Shown one piece after another: positions 16,136 through 25,168 of a stretch of DNA of 61,451 nucleotides (its first letter is position 1; every line of letters starts with the position of its first letter). Source of the DNA: Acutalibacteraceae bacterium (GTDB taxonomy: Bacteria > Actinomycetota > Coriobacteriia > Coriobacteriales > UMGS124); NCBI GenBank assembly GCA_963619535.1, contig CAVEWV010000007.1, positions 1-61,451 of the forward strand, given 5' to 3'. The notes under the pieces are model-generated. The model was given only the letters and a program-made list of their open reading frames with translations. It was not told where the DNA came from and made no database searches. A program made the translations under genes and the position numbers.

Positions 16136-17584
16136 ATGTTCCAAGCAACGACGCGCGAGGTGGCCCAAGCCATCGGCGCGCGTGTCATAGAGTGCCCCGA
16201 TGAGCAGCGCGCCGTGCGCGACGTCGCCATCGACTCGCGCCAGGTGGGGGAGTCCAACCTCTTCGTCGCCCTGCGCGGGGAGCGCGTCGATGGAAACGAC
16301 TACGTGCAGCGCGCCCTTGAGGCGGGGGCTGCCGCCTGCGTGATGACCCGCGAGCCCAGCGACGCCGAGCTGGCCTGCGCCCGCGAGCGCGGGGCGGCCC
16401 TGCTTGCATGCGACTCCGGCGAGCGGGCCCTGGCGGCGCTGGCCTCGTGGTGGCGCGACAAGCTCGACTGCGTCGTGGTGGGCGTCACCGGCTCCTCGGG
16501 CAAGACCACGACCAAGGAGATGTGCGCAGCCGTCCTCGCGTGCAAGTTCAAGACCTATGCCACGCGCGGCAACCTCAACTCCACCATCGGCGGCCCCCTC
16601 ACCGTGCTGCGCTGCCCGCTCGACGCCCAGGCCATGGTGGTCGAGATGGGCATGAGCGGCCTGCACGAGATAGAGGCCATCGCCCAGGTCGCCAGGCCCC
16701 ACATCGGCATCGTCACCAACGTGGGCACGGCCCACATTGGCATCCTGGGCAGCCGCGAGAACATCGCGCGCGCAAAGGCCGAGCTCGTGGCCGCCCTGGC
16801 GCACCAGAAGGGGTCCGTCGAGGGCCTGGGGCCGTGCGCTCTGCTCTGGGGCCAGGACGACTACACGGGCTGGATTCGCGACAACGTCGCCGACCCCGCG
16901 GGCGTGCGCGTGCTGACGTTCGGCTGCGCCGACGGCGACGCGGCGCGCTGTGCGGACCCCCAGCTCGACGAGATGGGCTGCGCCTTCGGCGTGGCCGAGC
17001 TGCCCAGCGGCGCCCGGATGGAGTTCCACCTGGGGTTGCCCGGCGTCCACAACGTGGCCGACGCCCTGGCCGCCGCGGCCATGGGAGACATCCTCGGCGT
17101 CGCGGCCGACGACATGGCCGCCGCCCTGGGCTCGCTTCGCCTTGCGGGCAACCGCCAGGAGGTCGTGCGCTGCCAGGGCGCGGGCATCACCCTCGTCAAC
17201 GACTGCTACAACGCCAACGCCGACTCCATGCGCCGCGCGATCGACGTGCTCTGCTCGCTGCAGGCGCGCCGGCGCATCGCCTGCCTGGGCGACATGGGCG
17301 AGCTGGGCAGTGACGCCCAGGCCGTGCACACCGCGGTGGGCGGCTATGCCGCGGGCAAGGGCGTCGAGGTGCTCGTGTGCGTGGGCGAGCTGTCGCGCGA
17401 CATGGCCCAGGCGGCCCAGCTCATGGGCATGTCGGAGAACGACGTCATCGAGGTGGCCGACGCGCAGGCGGCCGCCGAGGTGCTCAAGCAGATAGCAAGG
17501 GAGGGAGACGCCGTGCTCGTGAAGGCGTCGCACTCCACCGGTTTGGAGAAGACTGTCGAGGCGGTGACCCAGGCATGGGCATAA
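16136..17584 (+). CDS. murF: UDP-MurNAc-tripeptide--D-alanyl-D-alanine ligase
   Basis: IDSRQVGESNLFVALRGERVDGNDY, P-loop GVTGSSGKTTTKEM, and the MurF-type NDCYNANADSM. Confidence 0.92.
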   Translation: MFQATTREVAQAIGARVIECPDEQRAVRDVAIDSRQVGESNLFVALRGERVDGNDYVQRALEAGAAACVMTREPSDAELACARERGAALLACDSGERALAALASWWRDKLDCVVVGVTGSSGKTTTKEMCAAVLACKFKTYATRGNLNSTIGGPLTVLRCPLDAQAMVVEMGMSGLHEIEAIAQVARPHIGIVTNVGTAHIGILGSRENIARAKAELVAALAHQKGSVEGLGPCALLWGQDDYTGWIRDNVADPAGVRVLTFGCADGDAARCADPQLDEMGCAFGVAELPSGARMEFHLGLPGVHNVADALAAAAMGDILGVAADDMAAALGSLRLAGNRQEVVRCQGAGITLVNDCYNANADSMRRAIDVLCSLQARRRIACLGDMGELGSDAQAVHTAVGGYAAGKGVEVLVCVGELSRDMAQAAQLMGMSENDVIEVADAQAAAEVLKQIAREGDAVLVKASHSTGLEKTVEAVTQAWA

Positions 17585-18597
17585 CATCGAGCTACCCCAG
17601 CTACACTGTTTTCGTCGCCGCCTTCGTGGCGTGCGCCATCGTGTGCGTGCTCATGCCGCCTTGGATCCGCCTGCTGCGCCGCAACAAGATCGGCCAGCAG
17701 ATCCGCGCCGACGGCCCCCAGCGCCACCTGCAGAAGCAGGGCACGCCCACCATGGGCGGCGTGGTCATCCTCATCGCAGTCGTCGTGACGAGCCTGCTTC
17801 TGGGCGGCACGAACCCGCCGCTGCTCGTGGCCCTGTTCGCCACCGTGCTCACCGGCCTTCTGGGCTTTCTGGACGACTTCGAGTCGGTGGCCAAGAAGCG
17901 CTCGCTGGGCCTCACGCCCATAGCCAAGCTCATCGGCCAGGGCGTCATCGTGGTCGTGTTCATCCTCCTGGCGGTCAACGTCGTGGGGGTGTCGCCCTCC
18001 ATCAGCCTCTTCGGCCTGGTCGACATCGACCTGGGCGTGCTCACCACCACGGTGGCGGGGGTCCAGATCCCCTGGCTCTACCTCGTCTTCGTTTACCTCC
18101 TCATGGCGGGCTTCTCCAATGCCGTCAACCTCAACGACGGCCTGGACGGCCTGTGCGGCGGCTGCTCGGCCGTCACCCTGGGCGTCATGGGCATGGTTGC
18201 CTATGCCTGCGGCGACCTGGGGCTGTCCGTGTTCGCCTTCGCCTGCGTGGGCGCCTGCGTGGGCTTCCTGTGGTTCAACTGCTACCCGGCGTCCATCTTC
18301 ATGGGCGACACCGGCTCGCTTGCCCTGGGCACGGCGCTTGCCGCCATCGCCGTCCTCACCAAGAGCGAGGTCACCTCGCTTGTGATCGGTGGCATCTTCA
18401 TCGTCGAGGCCCTGAGCGTCCTCATCCAGGTGGCGAGCTTCAAGGCCACGGGCAAGCGCGTCTTCCTCATGGCGCCCCTGCACCACCACTTCGAGAAGCT
18501 CGGCTGGGCCGAGACGAAGGTGGTCACGCGCTTCTGGATCATCTCGGCGGGCTGCGCCGCCCTGGGATTCGCGCTGTTCTTCCAGACCATAGGCTAG
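17575..18597 (+). CDS. mraY: Phospho-MurNAc-pentapeptide translocase
   Basis: NLNDGLDGL and MGDTGSLALG motifs in a polytopic protein. The ATG at 17575 overlaps the end of murF by 10 nt. The upstream extension of the ORF track is the R-rich alternative frame of murF. Confidence 0.92.
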   Translation: MGITSSYPSYTVFVAAFVACAIVCVLMPPWIRLLRRNKIGQQIRADGPQRHLQKQGTPTMGGVVILIAVVVTSLLLGGTNPPLLVALFATVLTGLLGFLDDFESVAKKRSLGLTPIAKLIGQGVIVVVFILLAVNVVGVSPSISLFGLVDIDLGVLTTTVAGVQIPWLYLVFVYLLMAGFSNAVNLNDGLDGLCGGCSAVTLGVMGMVAYACGDLGLSVFAFACVGACVGFLWFNCYPASIFMGDTGSLALGTALAAIAVLTKSEVTSLVIGGIFIVEALSVLIQVASFKATGKRVFLMAPLHHHFEKLGWAETKVVTRFWIISAGCAALGFALFFQTIG

Positions 18598-18600
18598 GGA

Positions 18601-20019
18601 TTGGGGCCTTCCATCATGTTCGAACCCAGCGGAAACATCGCCCTGCTCGGCCTGGGCGCCTCCACGAAGGCCGCGGCCCGCTACCTTTTGGGCGGGTCCT
18701 GCCCGGCCGTGACGTCGGTCACCCTCGTGGTGCCCCAGGTGGGGCAGTCCCAGCAGGAGGCGCTCGACGAGCTTGTGGCTCTGGGCGCGCGCGTGGCGCC
18801 CGACTTCGAGGGCGACTACGACCTGGGGGTCGTGAGCCCGGGCATCCCCTGCACGGGTGACTTCTACCGCGAGGGCCAGAGGCGCTGCGCCCAGCTCATC
18901 GGCGAGCCGGAGCTTGCCTGGCGCGTGAGCCCGCAGGACTGGGTGGGCATCACCGGCACGAACGGCAAGACCACCACGACCACGCTTGCCTGCGAGCTCA
19001 TCTGCGCGGCCGGCATCCCGGCGCGCACCGTGGGCAACATCGGGCTTCCGCCCATCGCCTGCGTGGAGGGGCGCGCCTCCGACGAGGTGTTCGTGGCCGA
19101 GCTGTCGAGCTTCCAGCTGCAGAGCTCCTTCGAGCTGCACCCCCACGTGGGCGTGCTGCTCAACGTCACGCCCGACCACGTGGAGTGGCACGGCAGCCTG
19201 GAGGCCTACTCCCAGGCCAAGGAGCGGCTCTTCGCCAACATGGATGCGGATGACCTCGCGGTCCTGGGCGACGACGCCGACTGCCTGGCCGTCGCCGACA
19301 GGCTGCGTGCCCGCGGCGTGCGCGTCTGCGTGCTGGGCGCCGTGCCCGGCCCGTCTGTGCCCGACGCTGCCTGGGTCGACGACCAGGGCCGCCTTGTCGT
19401 GCGCCTGCGCGGGGCCGACCAGGTGCTCTGCCCTGTGGACGACATGCTCATCAAGGGCCCGCACAACGTGCAGAACGCCCTGGCCGCATCGGCGTGCGCC
19501 CTGGAGATGGGCGCGGGCCGTCAGGCCGTCGAGCAGGGCCTGCGTGCCTTCAAGCCCCTCGCGCACCGCATCGAGCCCGCGGGGCAGGTGGCCGGCGTGC
19601 GCTTCTACGACGACTCCAAGGGCACCAACACCGACGCCACCGTCAAGGCCATCCTGGCCTTCCCCGCGGGCGGCACCGTCGTGATGCTCGGCGGTCACGA
19701 CAAGGGCACCGACCTGGCCGACCTGGCGCGCACCGTGGCCTGCAACTGCAAGGCGGCCGTGTGCTACGGGCAGGCCGGCGAGCGCATCGCCGCCGCCGTG
19801 GAGCAGGCCGTGGCGGCACACCCGGGCTGCACGGTCGTGCGCGCCCCCAAGATGCGCGAGGCCTTCGAGGCCGCCGTCGACGCGGCCCAGCCCGGCGACG
19901 TGGTGCTGCTGAGCCCGGCGTGCTCGTCGTTTGACGAGTTCACGGGGTACGCCCAGCGCGGTCAGACCTTCCAGGCCTGGGTGGGCGAGCTCGCAGGCGC
20001 CTGCACGGCCGGCGAGTAG
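18601..20019 (+). CDS. murD: UDP-MurNAc-L-alanine--D-glutamate ligase
   Basis: ITGTNGKTTTTTL P-loop and dcw position. The start is uncertain (TTG at 18601 or ATG at 18616). Confidence 0.9.
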   Translation: MGPSIMFEPSGNIALLGLGASTKAAARYLLGGSCPAVTSVTLVVPQVGQSQQEALDELVALGARVAPDFEGDYDLGVVSPGIPCTGDFYREGQRRCAQLIGEPELAWRVSPQDWVGITGTNGKTTTTTLACELICAAGIPARTVGNIGLPPIACVEGRASDEVFVAELSSFQLQSSFELHPHVGVLLNVTPDHVEWHGSLEAYSQAKERLFANMDADDLAVLGDDADCLAVADRLRARGVRVCVLGAVPGPSVPDAAWVDDQGRLVVRLRGADQVLCPVDDMLIKGPHNVQNALAASACALEMGAGRQAVEQGLRAFKPLAHRIEPAGQVAGVRFYDDSKGTNTDATVKAILAFPAGGTVVMLGGHDKGTDLADLARTVACNCKAAVCYGQAGERIAAAVEQAVAAHPGCTVVRAPKMREAFEAAVDAAQPGDVVLLSPACSSFDEFTGYAQRGQTFQAWVGELAGACTAGE

Positions 20020-20024
20020 CGCCC

Positions 20025-21536
20025 ATGGCCGCCAAGCAGGGAAAGGTCTCGCGCAGGGTAAACGCGGGCTCGTTCTGGACGGTCGAGCACCTCACCTCGC
20101 CGGGGTTCCTCCTCCTCGTCGCCACGGTCGCGCTGTGCGCCTTCGGCCTGGTCATGGTGTTCTCCGCCTCGTCCATCGAGCTGGTGGACGCGGGCTCGTC
20201 CTCCTGGCACACGGTGCTCAACCAGTTCATATACATGGCCTTGGGCTGGGGTGCCTTCCTGCTTATCTCCCACGCGCTGTGCGCCCATCGCCTGATGGGC
20301 TGGGGATGGATCGTGGGGCTGACCGCCCTTGCGTGCGTGCTGCTGCTGCTCGTGACCCTCGTGGGCACCGAGGTCAACGGCGCGAAGCGCTGGCTGCGCT
20401 TCGGCTCCTCTGCCAGCGCGCCCTCCATCCAGCCCTCGGAGTTCGCCAAGATCGTCGTCGTCATGGCCGCCGCCTACTACGCGGCCCTCTGGAACAAGGG
20501 CGAGCTGAGCGGGGGGAATGCCCTGTTACAGCTCTTGCCGTTCGTCCTCATCCCGGTCGTGTTCATCTACACAGAGCACGACCTGGGCACCCTGCTCATC
20601 ATCTTCGCGGGCCTATTCGCCCTGGCCTATCTGGCTAAGGTCCCGAAGGGCTTCTTCATCGCCATCCTGATAATCGCGGCCATCGGCGCGTTCTACGCCG
20701 TCTTCGGCGTGAGCTATCGAAGCGAGCGCTTCAGCACCTGGCTCAACCCTGAGGCCGACTACTACGGCAACGGCTGGCAGTCGATCCACGGTTTTCGTGG
20801 CATCGCCTCGGGCGGCTTCTTCGGCCTGGGGTTGGGCGAGTCGCGCCAGAAGTACAGCTACCTGCCCGAGGCCGAGAACGACTACATCTTCGCCATCATC
20901 GCCGAGGAGCTGGGCTTCTTCGGCGTGCTGGTGATGCTGGCGCTGTTCGCGCTCTTCGGCTACTGCGGACTGCGCATCTCCGTCGAGGCCAGGGAACGCA
21001 GCCTGAAGTCGAGCTTTCTGGCCGGCGGCCTCACGGTCCTCATCGAGTTCCAGGCCTTCCTCAACATGGCAGGCGTCACCGGCCTGCTCCCCATGACGGG
21101 CCGCCCCCTGCCCTTCATCACGGCGGGCGGCTCCTCGGTCATAGCCTGCCTCATCATGGCGGGCCTCATCTACAGCGTCGCGCGTGAGAACGCCATTGGC
21201 CTGAGGGAGGAGCGCGAGCGAAGGCGCGTGCGGGCAAAGGACTCGCTTTCGGTGGTGGAGGGCGGCCCGGCTGAGACGGCCGCCGAGCAGGGGCGCCCCT
21301 CCGGGGCGCTGCTTCCCGGCGAGCTCACTTCCATACCGGGCGGCCGCGTGGGCGAGGAGCGTGCCGAGGGCAGGCAGCGCCCGCCTCGCCCCCGAAGGGC
21401 CGCCGAACCCGGCCAGCGCGACCCCGGCCGCGCCTCGTCGGGCCGCGCGCGCCCCTCGGAGGCGGGCGACGACGGCCGCACGAGCGGCTCGTCACGCAGG
21501 CCCGACGGCCCCGGCGCCGGCCCGGGCCGACAGTAG
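20025..21536 (+). CDS. ftsW: SEDS-family peptidoglycan glycosyltransferase FtsW with an R/P/G-rich C-terminal tail
   Basis: IQPSEFAKIVVV, NDYIFAIIAEELGFFG and PLPFITAGGSS motifs. The last roughly 110 aa are low-complexity. Confidence 0.92.
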   Translation: MAAKQGKVSRRVNAGSFWTVEHLTSPGFLLLVATVALCAFGLVMVFSASSIELVDAGSSSWHTVLNQFIYMALGWGAFLLISHALCAHRLMGWGWIVGLTALACVLLLLVTLVGTEVNGAKRWLRFGSSASAPSIQPSEFAKIVVVMAAAYYAALWNKGELSGGNALLQLLPFVLIPVVFIYTEHDLGTLLIIFAGLFALAYLAKVPKGFFIAILIIAAIGAFYAVFGVSYRSERFSTWLNPEADYYGNGWQSIHGFRGIASGGFFGLGLGESRQKYSYLPEAENDYIFAIIAEELGFFGVLVMLALFALFGYCGLRISVEARERSLKSSFLAGGLTVLIEFQAFLNMAGVTGLLPMTGRPLPFITAGGSSVIACLIMAGLIYSVARENAIGLREERERRRVRAKDSLSVVEGGPAETAAEQGRPSGALLPGELTSIPGGRVGEERAEGRQRPPRPRRAAEPGQRDPGRASSGRARPSEAGDDGRTSGSSRRPDGPGAGPGRQ

Positions 21537-21582
21537 CGATGCGCGCGGGGACGGGCCCCGCGCCGTCTGAAAGGACATCACG

Positions 21583-22698
21583 ATGAGCACATTTGCCCTG
21601 GCGGCGGGCGGCACCGCTGGTCACATCAACCCCGCGCTCGCCTTGGCCAACGAGCTGCGCGCCCGCGGGCACGAGGTGCGCTTCTATGGGACGAAGAGGG
21701 GCATGGAGGCCACACTGGTGCCCCAGGACGGCTTCGCGTTCGAGGGGCTCGACGTCAGCGGCTTCGACCGCAGCCGTCCCTGGACCGCCCTCACTGCCGT
21801 GCTCAAGATGCGCCGGGCCAAGAAGGCCCTGCTGGAGGAGTTCGCCCGCGAGGGCAAGCCTGCCGCAGCCGTGGGCTTCGGCGCCTACGTGTGCTTCCCC
21901 TTGGCCGCCGCCGCCGCCAAGGCGGGCGTGCCGCTCGTGCTGCACGAGCAGAACTCCGTGCCCGGCATGGCCAACAAGGCCCTGGCCAAGGACGCGACGC
22001 TGCTTGCGCTCACCTATCCCGTGAGCCAGGAAAAGTTCGCCGGCAAGCTTGGGGCGGGCACGCGCGTGCAGGTGGTGGGCAACCCGGTGCGCGCGAGCGT
22101 TCTCGCCCCCACGCGCGAGCAGGGCCGCGACGCCCTGGGCATCCCGCGCGACGCCAAGGTGCTGCTCGTCTTCGGGGGAAGCCTGGGGGCCGCCCACCTC
22201 AACAAGGCCGTGTGCGCCCTGCGTGACCAGCTGCTTTCCCGGCCCGACCTCTACGTGGTGCACGCCTCGGGCAAGAAGGACTTCGACGCGACCCGCGAGG
22301 CCCTCGCCCTTACCGACGAGGCCGCGCGCCGCTGGCGGCTGAGCCCCTACATCGACGACATGGGGTCGTGCCTGGCCGCCGCCGACCTGGTGCTGTCGCG
22401 CGCCGGCGCCTCCTCCATCGCCGAGATCGCCGCCCGCGGCGTGCCCTCGGTGCTCGTGCCCTACCCCTACGCCACCGAGAACCACCAGGCGGTCAACGCG
22501 CTGCTGCTCAAGGACGTGGGCGGCGCGGTGGTGGTGGACGACGCCGCGCTCGACGGGCAGGACTTCGGGCGCGACTTCCTCGCCCTGCTCGACGACGACG
22601 CGCGCCTGGCCGACATGCGCTTACGCGTGGAGTCGCTGGGCTACTCGGGCGCCACGGCCGCTCTGGCAGATGCTGTGGAAGCTGTTGCCACGCGCTAA
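21583..22698 (+). CDS. murG: UDP-GlcNAc:lipid I GlcNAc transferase
   Basis: The GGTAGHINPALALA G-loop and RAGASSIAEIAARGVPSVLVPYP. Confidence 0.95.
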   Translation: MSTFALAAGGTAGHINPALALANELRARGHEVRFYGTKRGMEATLVPQDGFAFEGLDVSGFDRSRPWTALTAVLKMRRAKKALLEEFAREGKPAAAVGFGAYVCFPLAAAAAKAGVPLVLHEQNSVPGMANKALAKDATLLALTYPVSQEKFAGKLGAGTRVQVVGNPVRASVLAPTREQGRDALGIPRDAKVLLVFGGSLGAAHLNKAVCALRDQLLSRPDLYVVHASGKKDFDATREALALTDEAARRWRLSPYIDDMGSCLAAADLVLSRAGASSIAEIAARGVPSVLVPYPYATENHQAVNALLLKDVGGAVVVDDAALDGQDFGRDFLALLDDDARLADMRLRVESLGYSGATAALADAVEAVATR

Positions 22699-22787
22699 CG
22701 CGACGTCGCCGCGTGTCGCGTGCGGCTAGAATGAGTCGGATTGACGCAGCCCCGAAGGCCGGGGCCCAACAGGAAGGTCTTGTGAGG

Positions 22788-24197
22788 ATGGCTAGCAACG
22801 ACAACCCGCGCCCCTTCGAGCGCGTTCACTTCATCGGCATCGGCGGCGCGGGCATGTCGGGCATCGCCTTGGTCCTGCACCAGCGGGGCTACTGCGTCAC
22901 CGGCAGCGACCTCAAGGCCTCCAAGTACACGCGCGCCCTGGTGAAGGAGGGCGTGCAGATCTTCGTGGGCCACAACGCCCGCACGATCGACGAGGTGAAG
23001 CCCCAGGTCGTGGTCATCTCCACGGCCATCCCCGAGACGAACCCCGAGCTCGTGGCGGCACGTGAGCAGGGCATCGAGGTCTGGCACCGCTCGCAGATGC
23101 TGTCGTTCCTCTCGCACGGGGCGGTCACCATCGCCTGCGCCGGCACCCACGGCAAGACCACGACCTCCTCGCTTGCCGCCACGATGCTCGAGCACATGGG
23201 CGAGCAGCCCACCTTCCTCATCGGCGGCATCATCGACGGCTACGAGACCAACGGCCACTCCGGGCAGGGCCCCTACTTCGTGGCCGAGGCCGACGAGAGC
23301 GACGGGTCGTTCCTCAACCTCGACCCCAACGTGGTCATCGTCACGAACATCGAGGCCGACCACCTCGACCACTACGGCAGCCTCGAGGAGATCGAGAAGA
23401 CGTTCTGCAAGTTCATGGCCTCGGTGCCCCAGGACGGCCACGTCATCGTGTGCGGCGAGGACCCGCACCTGCCCGAGCTTGCCCGCACGTGCGGCAGGCC
23501 CGTGCTGACCTACGGCTTCGGCGCTGACAACGACGTGGTCTGCACGCCCCTGGACGTGCCGGGCACGAACGCCTTCAGCGTGAGGCTGCCCGACGGCACC
23601 TGCGAGCAGGTCCACCTCGACCACAACCCCGGCCTGCACAACTGCCTGAACGCCTCGGCGGTCCTGACGCTTGCCTATGTGCTGGGCCTGCCCTGCGACA
23701 AGGCCGCGCAGGCCATCTCGAGCTTCGCGGGCGTGCATCGCCGCTTCGAGCTGGTGGGCGAGGTCGAGGGCGTCCGCGTCATCGACGACTACGGCCACCA
23801 CCCCACCGAGATCGCGGCCACGCTCAGGGCCGCCAAGACCCAGGGCTTCGAGCGCGTGCGCGTCGTGTTCCAGCCCCACCGCTATTCCCGCACGCAGGCC
23901 CTCGCCGACGAGTTCGGCCCGGCCTTCGACGACGCCGACGAGCTCGTGGTGCTCGACGTCTTCTCCGCCGGCGAGACCCCCATCCCGGGCATCTCGGGCA
24001 AGACGGTCGTAAAGGCCGTCCAGGCACGCCGCCCGGGCGCCCAGGCGAGCTTCATCCCCGACCGCCATCAGGCCGTCGAGCACATGGTGCGCACCGCCCG
24101 CCCCGGCGACCTCATCGTCACGATGGGTGCCGGCGACGTGACCGTGCTCGGCCCGGCCCTCATCGAGGCGCTCAAGGAGAAGGCCGCCCACGCCTAA
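22788..24197 (+). CDS. murC: UDP-MurNAc--L-alanine ligase
   Basis: HFIGIGGAGMSGIA and GTHGKTTTSS. The start is the ATG at 22788 (or the GTG at 22782). The 140-aa R-rich extension in the ORF track overlaps murG and was rejected. Confidence 0.93.
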   Translation: MASNDNPRPFERVHFIGIGGAGMSGIALVLHQRGYCVTGSDLKASKYTRALVKEGVQIFVGHNARTIDEVKPQVVVISTAIPETNPELVAAREQGIEVWHRSQMLSFLSHGAVTIACAGTHGKTTTSSLAATMLEHMGEQPTFLIGGIIDGYETNGHSGQGPYFVAEADESDGSFLNLDPNVVIVTNIEADHLDHYGSLEEIEKTFCKFMASVPQDGHVIVCGEDPHLPELARTCGRPVLTYGFGADNDVVCTPLDVPGTNAFSVRLPDGTCEQVHLDHNPGLHNCLNASAVLTLAYVLGLPCDKAAQAISSFAGVHRRFELVGEVEGVRVIDDYGHHPTEIAATLRAAKTQGFERVRVVFQPHRYSRTQALADEFGPAFDDADELVVLDVFSAGETPIPGISGKTVVKAVQARRPGAQASFIPDRHQAVEHMVRTARPGDLIVTMGAGDVTVLGPALIEALKEKAAHA

Positions 24198-24253
24198 GGC
24201 GCGCCCCCAAACCACGATAGAACCCCGGCCCCGCAGCGAAAGGTAGGTGTGAC

Positions 24254-25168
24254 ATGGGCCTCATCGAAGCAAAGGAGCGCCTTGCCACCTGCCTGCACGG
24301 CACCGTGGCGGCGCAGGAGCGCATGAGCCGGCACACGAGCTACCGCATAGGCGGGCCGGCGTCCCTGTTCGTGACCTGCGACGACTACGTCGACGTGCGC
24401 AACACGGTGGACATCCTCGCTCAGGAGGAGGTGCCGTGGGTCATCATGGGCCGCGGCTCCAACGTGCTCGTGAGCGACAAGGGCTACGAGGGCGCCGTCA
24501 TCGTGCTGGGTCGCGACTTTCGCCGCTTCACGATGGACGAGACGGGCCGCATGCACGTCGGTGCCGGCGCGGTGCTGCAGCGCGTGGTGACCGAGGCCTT
24601 CGACAAGGGCTTCTCGGGGCTCGAGTTCGCCGTGGGCATACCGGGCACCGTGGGCGGCGCGGTCTCCATGAACGCCGGGACCGCCAGCATCTGGATGGAC
24701 TCGGTCATCTCCGAGGTCGTGTCGTATCGCCCGGGCACGGGCCTTGTGCGCTATGCGCGTTCCGACATCGGCTGGTACTACCGCGCCACCGACCTGCCCG
24801 GCCGCGAGATCATCCTCGAGGCCACGCTCGAGCTGCAGCCCGGCGAGCCCGCCCTGGTGAAGGACACCATGGAGAAGGTCCTGCAGCGCCGCCGCGCGGC
24901 CCAGCCGCTCAACCTGCCGTCGTGCGGCAGCGTCTTTCGCAACAGCCCCGAGGCAAAGGCCGGCCCGCTCATCGAGTCGTGCGGCCTCAAGGGTTATCGC
25001 GTGGGCGGCGCCATGGTGTCGGACATGCACGCGAACTTTATCGTCAACCTGGGAGGCGCAAGCGCATCCGACGTCACCCGGGTCATCGTCCATGTGATGG
25101 AGGAGGTCAGGAGGCGCCATGGTGTCGAACTCAGGCCGGAGGTCAAGTTCCTCGGCTTCCCCGCGTGA
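24254..25168 (+). CDS. murB: UDP-N-acetylenolpyruvoylglucosamine reductase
   Basis: TSYRIGGPA, GRGSNVLV and PSCGSVFRN motifs; RBS aaaggtagg. Confidence 0.95.
   Translation: MGLIEAKERLATCLHGTVAAQERMSRHTSYRIGGPASLFVTCDDYVDVRNTVDILAQEEVPWVIMGRGSNVLVSDKGYEGAVIVLGRDFRRFTMDETGRMHVGAGAVLQRVVTEAFDKGFSGLEFAVGIPGTVGGAVSMNAGTASIWMDSVISEVVSYRPGTGLVRYARSDIGWYYRATDLPGREIILEATLELQPGEPALVKDTMEKVLQRRRAAQPLNLPSCGSVFRNSPEAKAGPLIESCGLKGYRVGGAMVSDMHANFIVNLGGASASDVTRVIVHVMEEVRRRHGVELRPEVKFLGFPA

Noticed and set aside
17344-19821. 825-aa minus-strand ORF across mraY and murD, and similar long antisense ORFs (14053-16257, 16052-17587, 22695-24215, 28764-30551, 34813-36372, 46497-48014, 58489-60519)
   Set aside because: All are antisense to motif-supported genes and encode G/A/V/H/D/R-rich sequence without motifs. 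I treat them as compositional artefacts.
22368-22787. 140-aa N-terminal extension of murC in the ORF track
   Set aside because: It overlaps the 3' end of murG in another frame and is R/G/A-rich. The conserved MurC N-terminus (HFIGIGGAGMSG) begins just after the ATG at 22788, which has an upstream aggaagg.
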